Source: Candidatus Iainarchaeum sp. (lineage in GTDB: Archaea; Iainarchaeota; Iainarchaeia; Iainarchaeales; JAZDEL01). Taken from it: a stretch of 64,000 nt of DNA. Positions 35,945-44,631 of this stretch are shown piece by piece. The stretch covers positions 65,735 to 129,734 of the forward strand of contig JAZDEL010000002.1 of the NCBI GenBank assembly GCA_043808785.1. The letters run 5' to 3'. The notes beneath the pieces were generated by a model. It worked only from the letters and a program-made list of their open reading frames with translations. It was not told the DNA's origin and made no database searches. Position 1 is the stretch's first letter. The number at the start of each line of letters is the position of its first letter. Both the position numbers and the translations under genes were made by a program.

Positions 35945-37584
35945 ATCTCCATCTCAAGCACGGCAACAGGCATCTCCAGCCCGAAATTCTTCAGGGTTTC
36001 CTTATTTAATTCCCCGATTATTCCGCGCTTGTTTCCCGCGTGGATTTCCGCCGACCTGCCCTTCTCAAGGAAAGGCTCAGCGCGCTCCTTGAGTGAATAT
36101 TTCCTCCCCATTGCTTTGCACACCGCGTCAAGGTGCGATTTTATTTTCGTGAAATCCGCATCCTTTCCGCAGAGCACTATGCACAGGTGCTCCTGCTCGT
36201 CAACCCCTGTTTCAGAAGCATTGTCAAGCAGAACCGCCTTCCCAACCTCGAAAATATCCTGTGGGTAAGCATACCTCTTGTTCCTGTTCAGGAACTCCAG
36301 AAGTTCGGGAAGTATGCGCCTCCTGAAAATCTGGTAACTGAGGCTCATGTAATTCTCTATTTCCGCAAACTCCTCCCCGTGCAGGCCGAGCATTTTCCCC
36401 TGCTTCTCTTTGGAAGTCATTGTGAACGTCAGCACTTCCTGCAATCCGAGGCCTATGCACGCCTCCCTCGCCATGTCGTTTATCGCCCCCTGCGCAAGAG
36501 CGGAGCCGCGCACGGGCATCTTTATTTCCGTGGGCTCGATTTTATTGTAGCCGCATGAAATAACAACATCCTCGGCAATGTCCGCGGCGTGCAGCACATC
36601 GTTCCTGTATGCGGGATAATAAACCTCCATTTCCCCGCCCTTAATGTGGGGTTCGCAGCGCGCACTTTTCAGGAGTTCCTTTATTTCCGCGGCACTGAAC
36701 TGCATGCCCGCAATCTTCCGCACGTAATCAATTCCAACGGAAATCTTCTTCGGCCTGAAATCAGGGGTGTGCCAGCTTTTTCCCCCTGCGTAAGAAACCT
36801 CGATAGTTTCCAGCCTTGCACCGCGCTCGGCAAGCGCTGCAGCCATTACATTAAGCGCTGTGATAACATTTTCGGGCTTCATTCCCGTTACCTCGACAAA
36901 CAGGTTGCGCGTTCCCGTGCCGACCTTCCCAGTTGCTTCCGAATTTATCACGGGAGGCATGCTCGCAACAGTGCCCGCGCTGTCGATTACAATCGGATAT
37001 TCCTTCGCCCCCTTGAGCAAGTTTGCGTATTCCTTCCCCTTCGGGTGCAGTTCCAAAATTTCATCCAAATCCATTTCCTGCCTGAATTCAAGCGGGACAA
37101 ATTTCAGTTCCCTCGGCTTGCATGCGCGGTAATAAATCGGCGGCTTCATTTTATCGAAATCGTAAATCCCTATTGCAACCTCAGCCCTGCGCCTGCCGAA
37201 GTTCTCGCCCACCTTCTCCTGCAACTGTATCATCTGCACGAGGAAATTTTCGGTGACCTTCACATTGCGCGCGACACATGCTGCAATCAGCGGCCTGACA
37301 TCCTTCACGCTTCTCTCCACGAACAGTTTCGTTTTCCCGCGGCTTACGCGGATTTTCGGCAGGCCCCTCTCTATGCCGAGCCTTGCGCGAAGCTCGCGCG
37401 CAATTCCCTCCGCAGACCACAGGTCGGGCCTGTTCGTGTCTTTCACATCAATCCTCAGCGCATCCCCCTCGCAGGCGTCAAGTTCGGACTTTGAATAGAG
37501 CAATGCGTCCTCCAGCTGCGCCCTGTTTAGCCTGCGCCCTACGAGGGCTTGCAAATCCTTAAGCGATGCGTCAACAGTCGGCAT
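35941..37584 (-). CDS. pheT: Phenylalanyl-tRNA synthetase beta subunit (archaeal type)
   Basis: B3/B4 and B5 domains plus the class II-like catalytic-like domain. Forms an operon with pheS upstream. Confidence 0.85.
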   Translation of the reverse strand: MPTVDASLKDLQALVGRRLNRAQLEDALLYSKSELDACEGDALRIDVKDTNRPDLWSAEGIARELRARLGIERGLPKIRVSRGKTKLFVERSVKDVRPLIAACVARNVKVTENFLVQMIQLQEKVGENFGRRRAEVAIGIYDFDKMKPPIYYRACKPRELKFVPLEFRQEMDLDEILELHPKGKEYANLLKGAKEYPIVIDSAGTVASMPPVINSEATGKVGTGTRNLFVEVTGMKPENVITALNVMAAALAERGARLETIEVSYAGGKSWHTPDFRPKKISVGIDYVRKIAGMQFSAAEIKELLKSARCEPHIKGGEMEVYYPAYRNDVLHAADIAEDVVISCGYNKIEPTEIKMPVRGSALAQGAINDMAREACIGLGLQEVLTFTMTSKEKQGKMLGLHGEEFAEIENYMSLSYQIFRRRILPELLEFLNRNKRYAYPQDIFEVGKAVLLDNASETGVDEQEHLCIVLCGKDADFTKIKSHLDAVCKAMGRKYSLKERAEPFLEKGRSAEIHAGNKRGIIGELNKETLKNFGLEMPVAVLEMEI

Positions 37585-37636
37585 GTCACTCAGCCCCCCC
37601 GCACGAAGCCTGCGCTTTGCACAATTCCCGCCGGCA

Positions 37637-39133
37637 TCATTCAACCCCCAGCAGCGGCGCATTCCTCAGCCAGTTGATATCGTCGCTGAACAAATGCCTT
37701 ATGTCCTTTATCCCGAGCTTGAACATAGCAAGCCTGTCAATCCCCATTCCCCATGCAATAACTGGTTCTTTTATTCCGAGGTTCTCCGTTATCTCGGGCC
37801 TGAAAATTCCCGCGCCCGCAAACTCAATCCAGCCCATCTCGGGGTGCAGTGCCGACAACTGCACCGAGGGTTCCGTGAATGGATAATAATCGGGCAGGAA
37901 TTTCACCTTCTCCGCCCCAGCAACCTCGAGAGCGAACTGCTTCAGCACGCCGAGAAGGGAGCGGAAGTTTAATCCTTCCCCGGCAATGAAACCGTCGCAC
38001 TGGTTGAACTCCACAAGGTGCGTAGCATCAACAACATCGGGCCTGTAACAGCGGTTAATAACGAAATATTTTCCCGGTATTTCAATGCCCTGCGCCATCT
38101 GCCTTGCGTCAGCGGTTGTGCCGTGCGCGTTTGGCATAAGCCTTGAAGCGATTTTCTCGCTCCACTCATATCCCCAGCCTTTGCTTTTGCTCAAGCCGCC
38201 GTTCTCGTGCGCCTTCCTTATTGCATCAACCGTCTTTTTCGCGGGAAGCGTGCCTGCCTTTGGCTGCTTCATTGTATAACTATCCGTCCACGCCCTTGCA
38301 GGATGGTTCTGCGGCTGGAACAAAACGTCGAAGTTGTAAAACTCCTGCACAATCAGCCTTTCCCTCATTTCCTTGAAGCCGAGTTCAACCATGTTCCGCC
38401 TTATCCTGTTCAGGAACTGCACATACGGCTGCCTCTTTCCTGCGAAAATTTCGGGCACAGGGGCGTGGATATCGTACGCGCGCGTAGCCGGGGCTGAAGC
38501 AATTGCCTTTTCAACTTCCGCTAGTGCCAGTTGCCCTTTTTGACCAATCATTTTTGCTGATTTAATCAGCCCGCGCTCCAAAAAATCCTCAGCGATAAGT
38601 TTTTGTTCCTCAGCCAGCCCATCTTTTTTTAGCGGCTTGTGCCGCATTCCCCTCAAGAATTCTTCAGGAGCGTAAGGTTTTTCGAGCGCTTCTTTTTCTA
38701 ATCCAGTAAACTCCAAAATCAAACCGTTGTCGTCTTTGTGTATCGAAACCCATGCTTTCTTTTTTGCGCGCCCTAGCGTAATATTCAGTTCAGCATCGTC
38801 CGCCTTAAGGTCTTGCTTAAGTTCTTCAAGGGCTGCCCTGCCTCCTGACTGCTTAAGCAGGCGGAGCAGTCTAAGTTCTGGCAATCCTTTGCGCGCAACT
38901 TCTTCACCTTTCGGGGTAATGTAATATTCGTCGCTAAATGTTCTTTCCACCTTAATTAACCCCTTCTCATGCAGCCACTCGAAAGCGCGCCTTGCCGAAT
39001 CAGTGTTCATATGCACTCTCTCGGCAATTTCCTCAACTGTAAGCCACACCTTTAGGTCATTCCCGAACGCACCGAGCGCCTGCCTCTCTATAGCGCTCAG
39101 CGCCGCAACAGTGCGCTTCATATCCCCGTCCAT
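37637..39133 (-). CDS. pheS: Phenylalanyl-tRNA synthetase alpha subunit
   Basis: N-terminal winged helices, class II motifs 2/3 (FRPEITENLG, GMGIDRLAM). The likely start is MDGDMKRT. Confidence 0.85.
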   Translation of the reverse strand: MDGDMKRTVAALSAIERQALGAFGNDLKVWLTVEEIAERVHMNTDSARRAFEWLHEKGLIKVERTFSDEYYITPKGEEVARKGLPELRLLRLLKQSGGRAALEELKQDLKADDAELNITLGRAKKKAWVSIHKDDNGLILEFTGLEKEALEKPYAPEEFLRGMRHKPLKKDGLAEEQKLIAEDFLERGLIKSAKMIGQKGQLALAEVEKAIASAPATRAYDIHAPVPEIFAGKRQPYVQFLNRIRRNMVELGFKEMRERLIVQEFYNFDVLFQPQNHPARAWTDSYTMKQPKAGTLPAKKTVDAIRKAHENGGLSKSKGWGYEWSEKIASRLMPNAHGTTADARQMAQGIEIPGKYFVINRCYRPDVVDATHLVEFNQCDGFIAGEGLNFRSLLGVLKQFALEVAGAEKVKFLPDYYPFTEPSVQLSALHPEMGWIEFAGAGIFRPEITENLGIKEPVIAWGMGIDRLAMFKLGIKDIRHLFSDDINWLRNAPLLGVE

Positions 39134-39170
39134 ATGATTAAAGTAATTAATTGAAGAGATTATTAAAGGT

Positions 39171-39659
39171 TTGCAGATGCCGAAAAAGCAGAAAACAGGC
39201 GAACAGGGGAAAACCCTGCTCCTTGATTCAAGCGCAATACTTAATGATTTCAGTTTTGAATTCACGCCCGGCGTGAAATATTTCATGGTTCCCGAAGCGG
39301 TTTCTGAAATTCGTGACCTTCGTTCCCGCGCACTTTTGGAGAACGGCTTTGCACAGCGCGCACTTTCGGTAAGGGAGCCCTCGGCAGGCGCGCTCGAAAA
39401 GGCGCAGGAGAAAGCACGCTCTTTGGGCGTTCGCCTGAGCAGTGCAGACCTTGCGCTTGTTGCGCTTGCAATAGATTTCAGGGAAGCAAAGGAGCGCTTC
39501 GAGGCTGTTACGGATGATTACTCCCTCCAGAACGTCCTCAAAGCCCTAAATCTGCCCTTTTCAGGCATAATCCACGGGGAAATAAAGGCTGTAAAGAACT
39601 TCAAGGAACAGTATGAAAAAGCCCGTAAGAGGGCGGAAAACGGGCAAAAAACCGATTAA
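39171..39659 (+). CDS. PIN-domain protein (Nob1/VapC-like ribonuclease fold)
   Basis: LLLDSSAIL N-terminal acidic motif and DDYSLQNV. 162 aa. Confidence 0.5.
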   Translation: MQMPKKQKTGEQGKTLLLDSSAILNDFSFEFTPGVKYFMVPEAVSEIRDLRSRALLENGFAQRALSVREPSAGALEKAQEKARSLGVRLSSADLALVALAIDFREAKERFEAVTDDYSLQNVLKALNLPFSGIIHGEIKAVKNFKEQYEKARKRAENGQKTD

Positions 39660-39752
39660 TTTCACGATTTTCAGTTAAATAGTTATCCTTTTAAACCCCG
39701 CAAGAGCCAATTATTACATGACTGCGTATTCCTGCAGCGCACAGCCGGAGGC

Positions 39753-40124
39753 ATGGAAATGCTGATGAATGCACTTAGCCACCTGCTTGCCCTTGACATA
39801 GCCTGGTTCATAGGGCTGATTGCAGGGAACTGGGTCATGTTTTTTGCGCTCCTTGCTTTCGCCCATTACTTCTCCCCAAAGCGCTGGCTTGCCTTTTTCG
39901 CGCTGTTCGTGCTCATACTGTGGGGCTGGATGGATGTTGCAACGCTCACAGGCTGGGCGTTCCTCATTGCTGGCTTTATCCTGCTGAACTACCTCTGGAA
40001 GGTTGTGCTTGTGGGCTATATAGAGAGCACATCCCTGCCTTCGAACTACATAGTCATAATAAACGAGCTTTCGGTCACGGCGATGTGGGTACTGTACGGC
40101 ATGTTTGTCATAGGTGGTGCATGA
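39753..40124 (+). CDS. Small polytopic membrane protein (paralog 1)
   Basis: ALDIAWFIGLIAGNWVMFFALLAFAHYFS is similar to the gene at 40298. Confidence 0.45.
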   Translation: MEMLMNALSHLLALDIAWFIGLIAGNWVMFFALLAFAHYFSPKRWLAFFALFVLILWGWMDVATLTGWAFLIAGFILLNYLWKVVLVGYIESTSLPSNYIVIINELSVTAMWVLYGMFVIGGA

Positions 40125-40294
40125 TGGGCTTCCTGAAAATACTTTCAACAGCATGTTTCGTGTTCTTTGTGACTTACTCAATCATGCTTGCCGGCTTCCA
40201 CATATTCCCGCGCCCGGAGTTCATCTCCCAGGCGGGCATGGTTGCGGTGTTCGTGTTCCTTATTTTCGAGATAGCGTTCGTGACTTTCAAATAG
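40121..40294 (+). CDS. Small membrane protein (57 aa)
   Basis: ATGATG start overlapping the previous stop. Two hydrophobic helices. Confidence 0.35.
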   Translation: MMGFLKILSTACFVFFVTYSIMLAGFHIFPRPEFISQAGMVAVFVFLIFEIAFVTFK

Positions 40295-40297
40295 GCG

Positions 40298-40663
40298 ATG
40301 CACATGATGCTTGAAGTGCTGCAGGCGTTCATTTCCCTTGACATCGCATATTTCCTGCACATGATAGAGGCGAACCTTTTCTGGATTTTCGGCCTTGCGG
40401 CAGGCGCATATTACCTCAGCAACGGCAAGGGCATATGGCGCGACTTCGCGCTCATAAGCATAATAATTTTCGGCAGCCTTGCTATACAGGAATATTTCGA
40501 TGTTTCCATTTACATTGCGGAAGTGCTGCTGTTCATGTACATCTCGAGGGTTGTTGCGCTGCTGCTCCTTGAGAACACCCCCGGCTGGAGCAAATATATA
40601 CCGCACGCGTGGGTATTCACATGGTGGGCAACATGGATTGGGTATAACCTTTTCATGAAGTGA
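40298..40663 (+). CDS. Small polytopic membrane protein (paralog 2)
   Basis: SLDIAYFLHMIEANLFWIFGLAAGAYYLS is paralogous to 39753..40124. Confidence 0.45.
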   Translation: MHMMLEVLQAFISLDIAYFLHMIEANLFWIFGLAAGAYYLSNGKGIWRDFALISIIIFGSLAIQEYFDVSIYIAEVLLFMYISRVVALLLLENTPGWSKYIPHAWVFTWWATWIGYNLFMK

Positions 40664-40703
40664 TTTTACGGCATGGGCAAAAACGGTTTCATGAAGTGAT
40701 TTT

Positions 40704-40880
40704 ATGGTCTGGCTAAAAAGAATTTTCTGGTCAGTGGCGCTTTCCGCGCTTGTTTATGCAATCGCGCTCTTTGCCGGAGGAAGCGGCCTGCACGCATTCC
40801 CGCACGTAATATTTTCGCCTGCGGTGATAATTGCGATGTTGCTGACGAACTTGGCATCGGTGGCAATGATAATAAAATAG
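40704..40880 (+). CDS. Small membrane protein (58 aa); not in the ORF track
   Basis: MVWLKRIFWSVALSALVYAIALFAGGSGLHAFPHVIFSPAVIIAMLLTNLASVAMIIK, two TM helices. Confidence 0.3.
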   Translation: MVWLKRIFWSVALSALVYAIALFAGGSGLHAFPHVIFSPAVIIAMLLTNLASVAMIIK

Positions 40881-40943
40881 CGCGCGAAAATAGGGAACCA
40901 CGGCGCGAAAATGTGGGCTGAACCGCGCATCAGGCAGGCGCGC

Positions 40944-41726
40944 TCACGCCTCCAGCTCCATCTCTTCCGGCTCCCTGTGCTCTATCTCCGAGTGCTCGAT
41001 TATGTAGCCCTCGATTCTCTCGCCTATCTGTTTCCTGTAAAACACAACCAGTGCAAGCACGGCAACAATTGGCACAAGCACAACCGCATTTCCGGGCACG
41101 GAAAGGAAATCCATAACCGCCTCGGCATAGCCCGGCCCCGCGGTTATGGGCGGCTTAGGTATCTTGTAGCGCAGGTTTATGAAATTCGTGGAAATGCCGC
41201 CGAGGCTTATCACGTTGCCCGTGACTTTCACGTCGGGCGAAATCTGCCCTGCAACAACCTCCGCGTTCGGCGGCAGGGTTATCTCTATTGACGTGCCTTT
41301 CGGCACCACTATCAGGCTGCCCTGCCTGAACTCGAGCAGCTCGCGGTCCGGGATTTCCCAGAGCGTTGCGCGAGGCTCATCGCTTATCACGGTTGCGAAA
41401 GGGGTGAGCAGTTCGTATGAAAGCGTCAGTACGCCGAGTTCGCTGTCAAAGCTCACCGAACTCCTCTTCAGGTTGCCCCTTCCGAAGTGCGGGTAAAAGA
41501 AATTGTAATCCACCGCCCAGACATCGAGCGACGAGCCGTTCTTTGCGGCATCCGCGGCGAACTCATCCTGCTCGAACCCGTGCGCGAACTTGAGGTAATA
41601 CTTCTCCTCGAATGCAGCGTACCCGTCCTTTGCGACATTTATGCTTACCGCGTACTGCGAAACTCCCAGCGCGGAGGCATGCGCGGCAAAAATCAGCAAC
41701 GCAAGCGCCGCAAAAGCACGTTTCAT
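40944..41726 (-). CDS. Secreted or membrane-anchored hypothetical protein (signal peptide plus C-terminal TM anchor)
   Basis: N-terminal signal MKRAFAALALLIFAAHASA, a C-terminal TM (VLVPIVAVLALVVFY) and an acidic tail. Confidence 0.45.
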   Translation of the reverse strand: MKRAFAALALLIFAAHASALGVSQYAVSINVAKDGYAAFEEKYYLKFAHGFEQDEFAADAAKNGSSLDVWAVDYNFFYPHFGRGNLKRSSVSFDSELGVLTLSYELLTPFATVISDEPRATLWEIPDRELLEFRQGSLIVVPKGTSIEITLPPNAEVVAGQISPDVKVTGNVISLGGISTNFINLRYKIPKPPITAGPGYAEAVMDFLSVPGNAVVLVPIVAVLALVVFYRKQIGERIEGYIIEHSEIEHREPEEMELEA

Positions 41727-41885
41727 GCTACAATATGCGCCCTCCCTGATTATATATTTTTTGATTGGTTCCCCGAAAAGCCGGAAACAAAATCTTTTCC
41801 AGCGGTTATGCCGAAAAAGAGCCGTTGGAAAGGTTTAAATTCAGCGGAAACTTATCTAGTATGCCCTTTGCCTTTGGTGTATAAA

Positions 41886-42572
41886 ATGGAACTTCAATTT
41901 CTAGGCCACTCATTTTTCAGGGTTGCGGGGGAAGGCACCACAGTGCTGTTCGACCCTCTCCTGAATTTCAGGCCGAGGGCGGACGGTTTGAAGCCCTCGC
42001 TGAAACAGCAGGCGCAGAAATCCAAACTGCTCGACGATGTTTCCCTTCTTGTAATTTCCCATGAACATACGGACCATTTCGACAAGGCGGCGATAGAGGA
42101 GGCGGCATCAAAAAACAACGCATGCATTGTGGCGCACGATTCCGTGCTCTCGCAGTTAAGCCTGCCGAAGCCCATGCTGCGCGCCGTTTCCGCGGGGGAC
42201 AAAATAAGCCTGCGCGGCTGCGAAATTGAGGCAATACCCGCGCACCATCCGCAGGCTTTTTATCCCTTGAGTTTCCTGCTCACCCTCGGCGGCAAAAGAA
42301 TATTTTTCGCGGGCGACACGGACCTTACAGACACGCTCACGCGGGTAAAGGCGGACGTTGCACTGCTCCCCATAGGCGGCACTTACACGATGGATTTGGT
42401 GGACGCGGTGCGCGCGACAAAGGCAATAAAGCCGCAGTACGCGATACCCATGCACTACAACACATACCCCGAGATAAAGGCGGACCCGCACGAGTTCAGG
42501 CAGAGGATTGAGAAGAGCATACTGAAAACAAAGGCAGTTGTGCTTGAGCAGGGGGAATGTTTCAAGTTTTAG
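41886..42572 (+). CDS. Metallo-beta-lactamase-fold metal-dependent hydrolase (UPF0173-like)
   Basis: HEHTDH motif and a downstream His/Asp ligand pattern. The real start is MELQFLGHSF; the long ORF-track extension reads through the upstream intergenic region. Confidence 0.7.
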   Translation: MELQFLGHSFFRVAGEGTTVLFDPLLNFRPRADGLKPSLKQQAQKSKLLDDVSLLVISHEHTDHFDKAAIEEAASKNNACIVAHDSVLSQLSLPKPMLRAVSAGDKISLRGCEIEAIPAHHPQAFYPLSFLLTLGGKRIFFAGDTDLTDTLTRVKADVALLPIGGTYTMDLVDAVRATKAIKPQYAIPMHYNTYPEIKADPHEFRQRIEKSILKTKAVVLEQGECFKF

Positions 42573-42586
42573 CCTTACAGCATCTT

Positions 42587-43297
42587 TCACGGCAGTTCGC
42601 TTTCGTTCGCCTTTTTCAGGTCATCCAAATCGCCGATATCAATGCACGCCCCTGCGTAATGCACAACAGCAACTTTCCCCCCCGCGCGCATGAGGATTTT
42701 TATGCTGTCCACGATCTCGAACTCCCCGCGCGCGCTTTTTTTTGTTTTCCCTATCGCGCCGAATATCTTCTGGTTGAACCTGTAAATGCCGGCGTTTATC
42801 AGGTTGCCGGGCTCCTCCCCATAGTTCGGCTTCTCGACGATATCCCTGAGGGTGCCGCCCTCCTCCACAAGCACGCCGTAGCGCCAGGGGTCATCAACTG
42901 TTCTTCCCACAACTTTGACATCAAAATCATCAAACTCGTCAATGGTTGCGAGTTCGCGGAACAGCGCGCTTTCGACAAGCACGTCCGCGTTCACAACTAA
43001 AAAATTCCCTTTCACGCGCCCGCGCGCGAGCGCAATTGCGTGCGCGGTGCCCAGCTGCTCCGCCTGGAAAAGGTAATTTACCGGCACGCCGGCAAAGCTT
43101 TTGCCGAAGTGCTTTTCAATTTCCTCGCGCCTGTATCCCACGACAATCTCAAACCCGCCAATCCCCGCTTCCGCAAGCCGCGCAAGAACGTGCTCGAGCA
43201 ATGGCTTGCCCTTTACCTTGACCATCACTTTTGGGATTTTTTCAGTGAGCGGCCTGAGCCTGACTCCCCTGCCCGCCGCAAGAATAACCGCTTTCAT
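42587..43297 (-). CDS. Sugar-phosphate nucleotidyltransferase (glucose-1-phosphate thymidylyl/uridylyltransferase-like)
   Basis: MKAVILAAGRGVRLRPLT nucleotide-binding signature. The ORF-track extension to 43483 reads through a dispersed repeat. Confidence 0.8.
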   Translation of the reverse strand: MKAVILAAGRGVRLRPLTEKIPKVMVKVKGKPLLEHVLARLAEAGIGGFEIVVGYRREEIEKHFGKSFAGVPVNYLFQAEQLGTAHAIALARGRVKGNFLVVNADVLVESALFRELATIDEFDDFDVKVVGRTVDDPWRYGVLVEEGGTLRDIVEKPNYGEEPGNLINAGIYRFNQKIFGAIGKTKKSARGEFEIVDSIKILMRAGGKVAVVHYAGACIDIGDLDDLKKANESELP

Positions 43298-43330
43298 ATC
43301 CAAGCCCCGAAAACAAAAAAACAAAACGCG

Positions 43331-43390
43331 CGCTAATTGGCTGTTGCCAATTGCGCCCATTTTGGCGCAAGCCAAAATAGGGCGGTTACG
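43331..43390 (-). repeat. Dispersed double-hairpin repeat copy (minus orientation), ~35 bp upstream of the nucleotidyltransferase start
   Basis: Reverse complement reads ccctattttggcttgcGCCAAAATGGGCGCAATTGGCaacaGCCAATTAGCGCG. Confidence 0.7.
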
Positions 43391-43436
43391 CGGCGGGTTC
43401 GCAAACCGCGCGGCAAACCTGCCGCGGCTCCACAAA

Positions 43437-43470
43437 CCCCGCAAACCGCGTTTTGTTTTTATTTTTCTGC
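43437..43470. repeat. 35-bp T-rich direct repeat, copy 1 (3' flank of rnz)
   Basis: ccccgcaaaccgcgttttgtttttatttttctgcg is near-identical to the copy at 44527-44560. A related stretch lies at 4385-4415. Confidence 0.6.
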
Positions 43471-43472
43471 GT

Positions 43473-44408
43473 TCACAAATCAATCTCCATCAAATCATCA
43501 GCAACTGTAACGTCCCCGAACTCCCTTCTTGCCTCGTGCTCTATCGCCTTCGCGTCCTTGTGCCTCGGCGAAATGTGCATGAGCACAAGCCTCTTCGCGC
43601 CTGTAAGTGCGGCGGCCTTTCCCGCTTCAAGCGCCGTGCTGTGTTTCGTCTCCAGGGCGCGCCCCCCCAACTTGTCCATGAACGAGCACTCGTGTATCAA
43701 AAGGTCGGAGCCCTTAATCACATTGTGGTATGATTTGTTCGGCAGCGTGTCCCACACTATGGAAACCTTTTTGCCGCTGCGCGCTTTCGAGTAATCCATA
43801 ACCTGCTCGGGCTTAAACGTTTTCATTTTACCTTTTACCTTAACTTTCACGCTCTCCCCCTTCTGCAGTTTTCCCCACACGGGGCCTTCCGGAATGCCGA
43901 GTTCCAGTGCCTTCGCGCGCTGGAACTCCCCGCTCTTCCCCTGCTCCTCGAACACATATCCGTGGCAGGGCACATCGTGGTCGAGCGGGAACGCGTGCAC
44001 CGCGAAATCCTTGCCCTCCAGAACCTGCCCCTTCCCCTGCACTTCCTTGCACCTCACTTCAAAATTCACGCGCAGCATGCTCATCTCTATCGCCTTCTTC
44101 ACCCATGACGCAATTCCGCGCGGGCCGTAAATGAAAAGCGGATAATCGCGCCCGTGCATGCTCATTGTCGCAAGCAATCCGGGGAGGCCGAGAAAGTGGT
44201 CCCCGTGAAAGTGCGAAATGAAAATATGCGAAATGCGCATGTAGGAAACGCCGGCCTTCATCATCTGCCTCTGCGTTCCCTCGGGGCAGTCGAAGAGCAG
44301 CCACTCCCCGCCCTCTCGTATCGCCACGCTGCTCAGGTTCCTCTCCTTTGTAGGGGTACTGCAGCTCGTGCCGAGGAATATTATTTTCAGGTGTGCCATA
44401 AAAACCAC
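43473..44408 (-). CDS. rnz: Ribonuclease Z (tRNA 3' endonuclease)
   Basis: HFHGDH metallo-beta-lactamase motif. Short-form RNase Z, 311 aa. Confidence 0.85.
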   Translation of the reverse strand: MVFMAHLKIIFLGTSCSTPTKERNLSSVAIREGGEWLLFDCPEGTQRQMMKAGVSYMRISHIFISHFHGDHFLGLPGLLATMSMHGRDYPLFIYGPRGIASWVKKAIEMSMLRVNFEVRCKEVQGKGQVLEGKDFAVHAFPLDHDVPCHGYVFEEQGKSGEFQRAKALELGIPEGPVWGKLQKGESVKVKVKGKMKTFKPEQVMDYSKARSGKKVSIVWDTLPNKSYHNVIKGSDLLIHECSFMDKLGGRALETKHSTALEAGKAAALTGAKRLVLMHISPRHKDAKAIEHEARREFGDVTVADDLMEIDL

Positions 44409-44526
44409 GTTCGCAATTGCACAATTGCCTGCACAACTATTTAACTAATATCTTGTATTTAAAACGAACTACCTGTTGTTTTTTGGGGGGTTTTTTGGGT
44501 ACGCGTTTGTGTTTTTGGTTATTTAA

Positions 44527-44560
44527 TCCGCAAACCGCGTTTTTGTTTTTTTATTTTTCG
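44527..44560. repeat. 35-bp T-rich direct repeat, copy 2 (5' flank of rnz, upstream of lonB)
   Basis: ccgcaaaccgcgtttttgtttttttatttttcgggg. Confidence 0.6.
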
Positions 44561-44631
44561 GGGTGCGCATTCCGCACTTCCCCCCTGTAAAACAATCAGC
44601 CTTTTAACTCTTATTATAGTGAATAATCATC

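Noticed and set aside
39121-39171. Apparent overlap of divergent pheS and PIN-gene starts
   Set aside because: This depends on the start-codon choice for pheS (39286, 39133 or 39121). With the conserved N-terminus the genes are divergent with a minimal shared promoter region rather than truly overlapping, so it is not reported as a feature.
43380-43440. tRNA-like fragment (gggttcgcaaaccgcgcgg resembling a T-arm)
   Set aside because: No D-arm, anticodon arm or acceptor-stem pairing with a 3' end can be built around it. It lies within the dispersed repeat/GC-rich spacer and is not a tRNA.
42587-43483. Long N-terminal extensions of ORFs (42587..43483, 41487..42572, 55607..56407, 51549..52181, 12850 region)
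   Set aside because: The extensions translate intergenic repeats or promoters (for example MGAIGNSQLARVLFF is the double-hairpin element). Conserved protein N-termini and promoter spacing indicate downstream starts.
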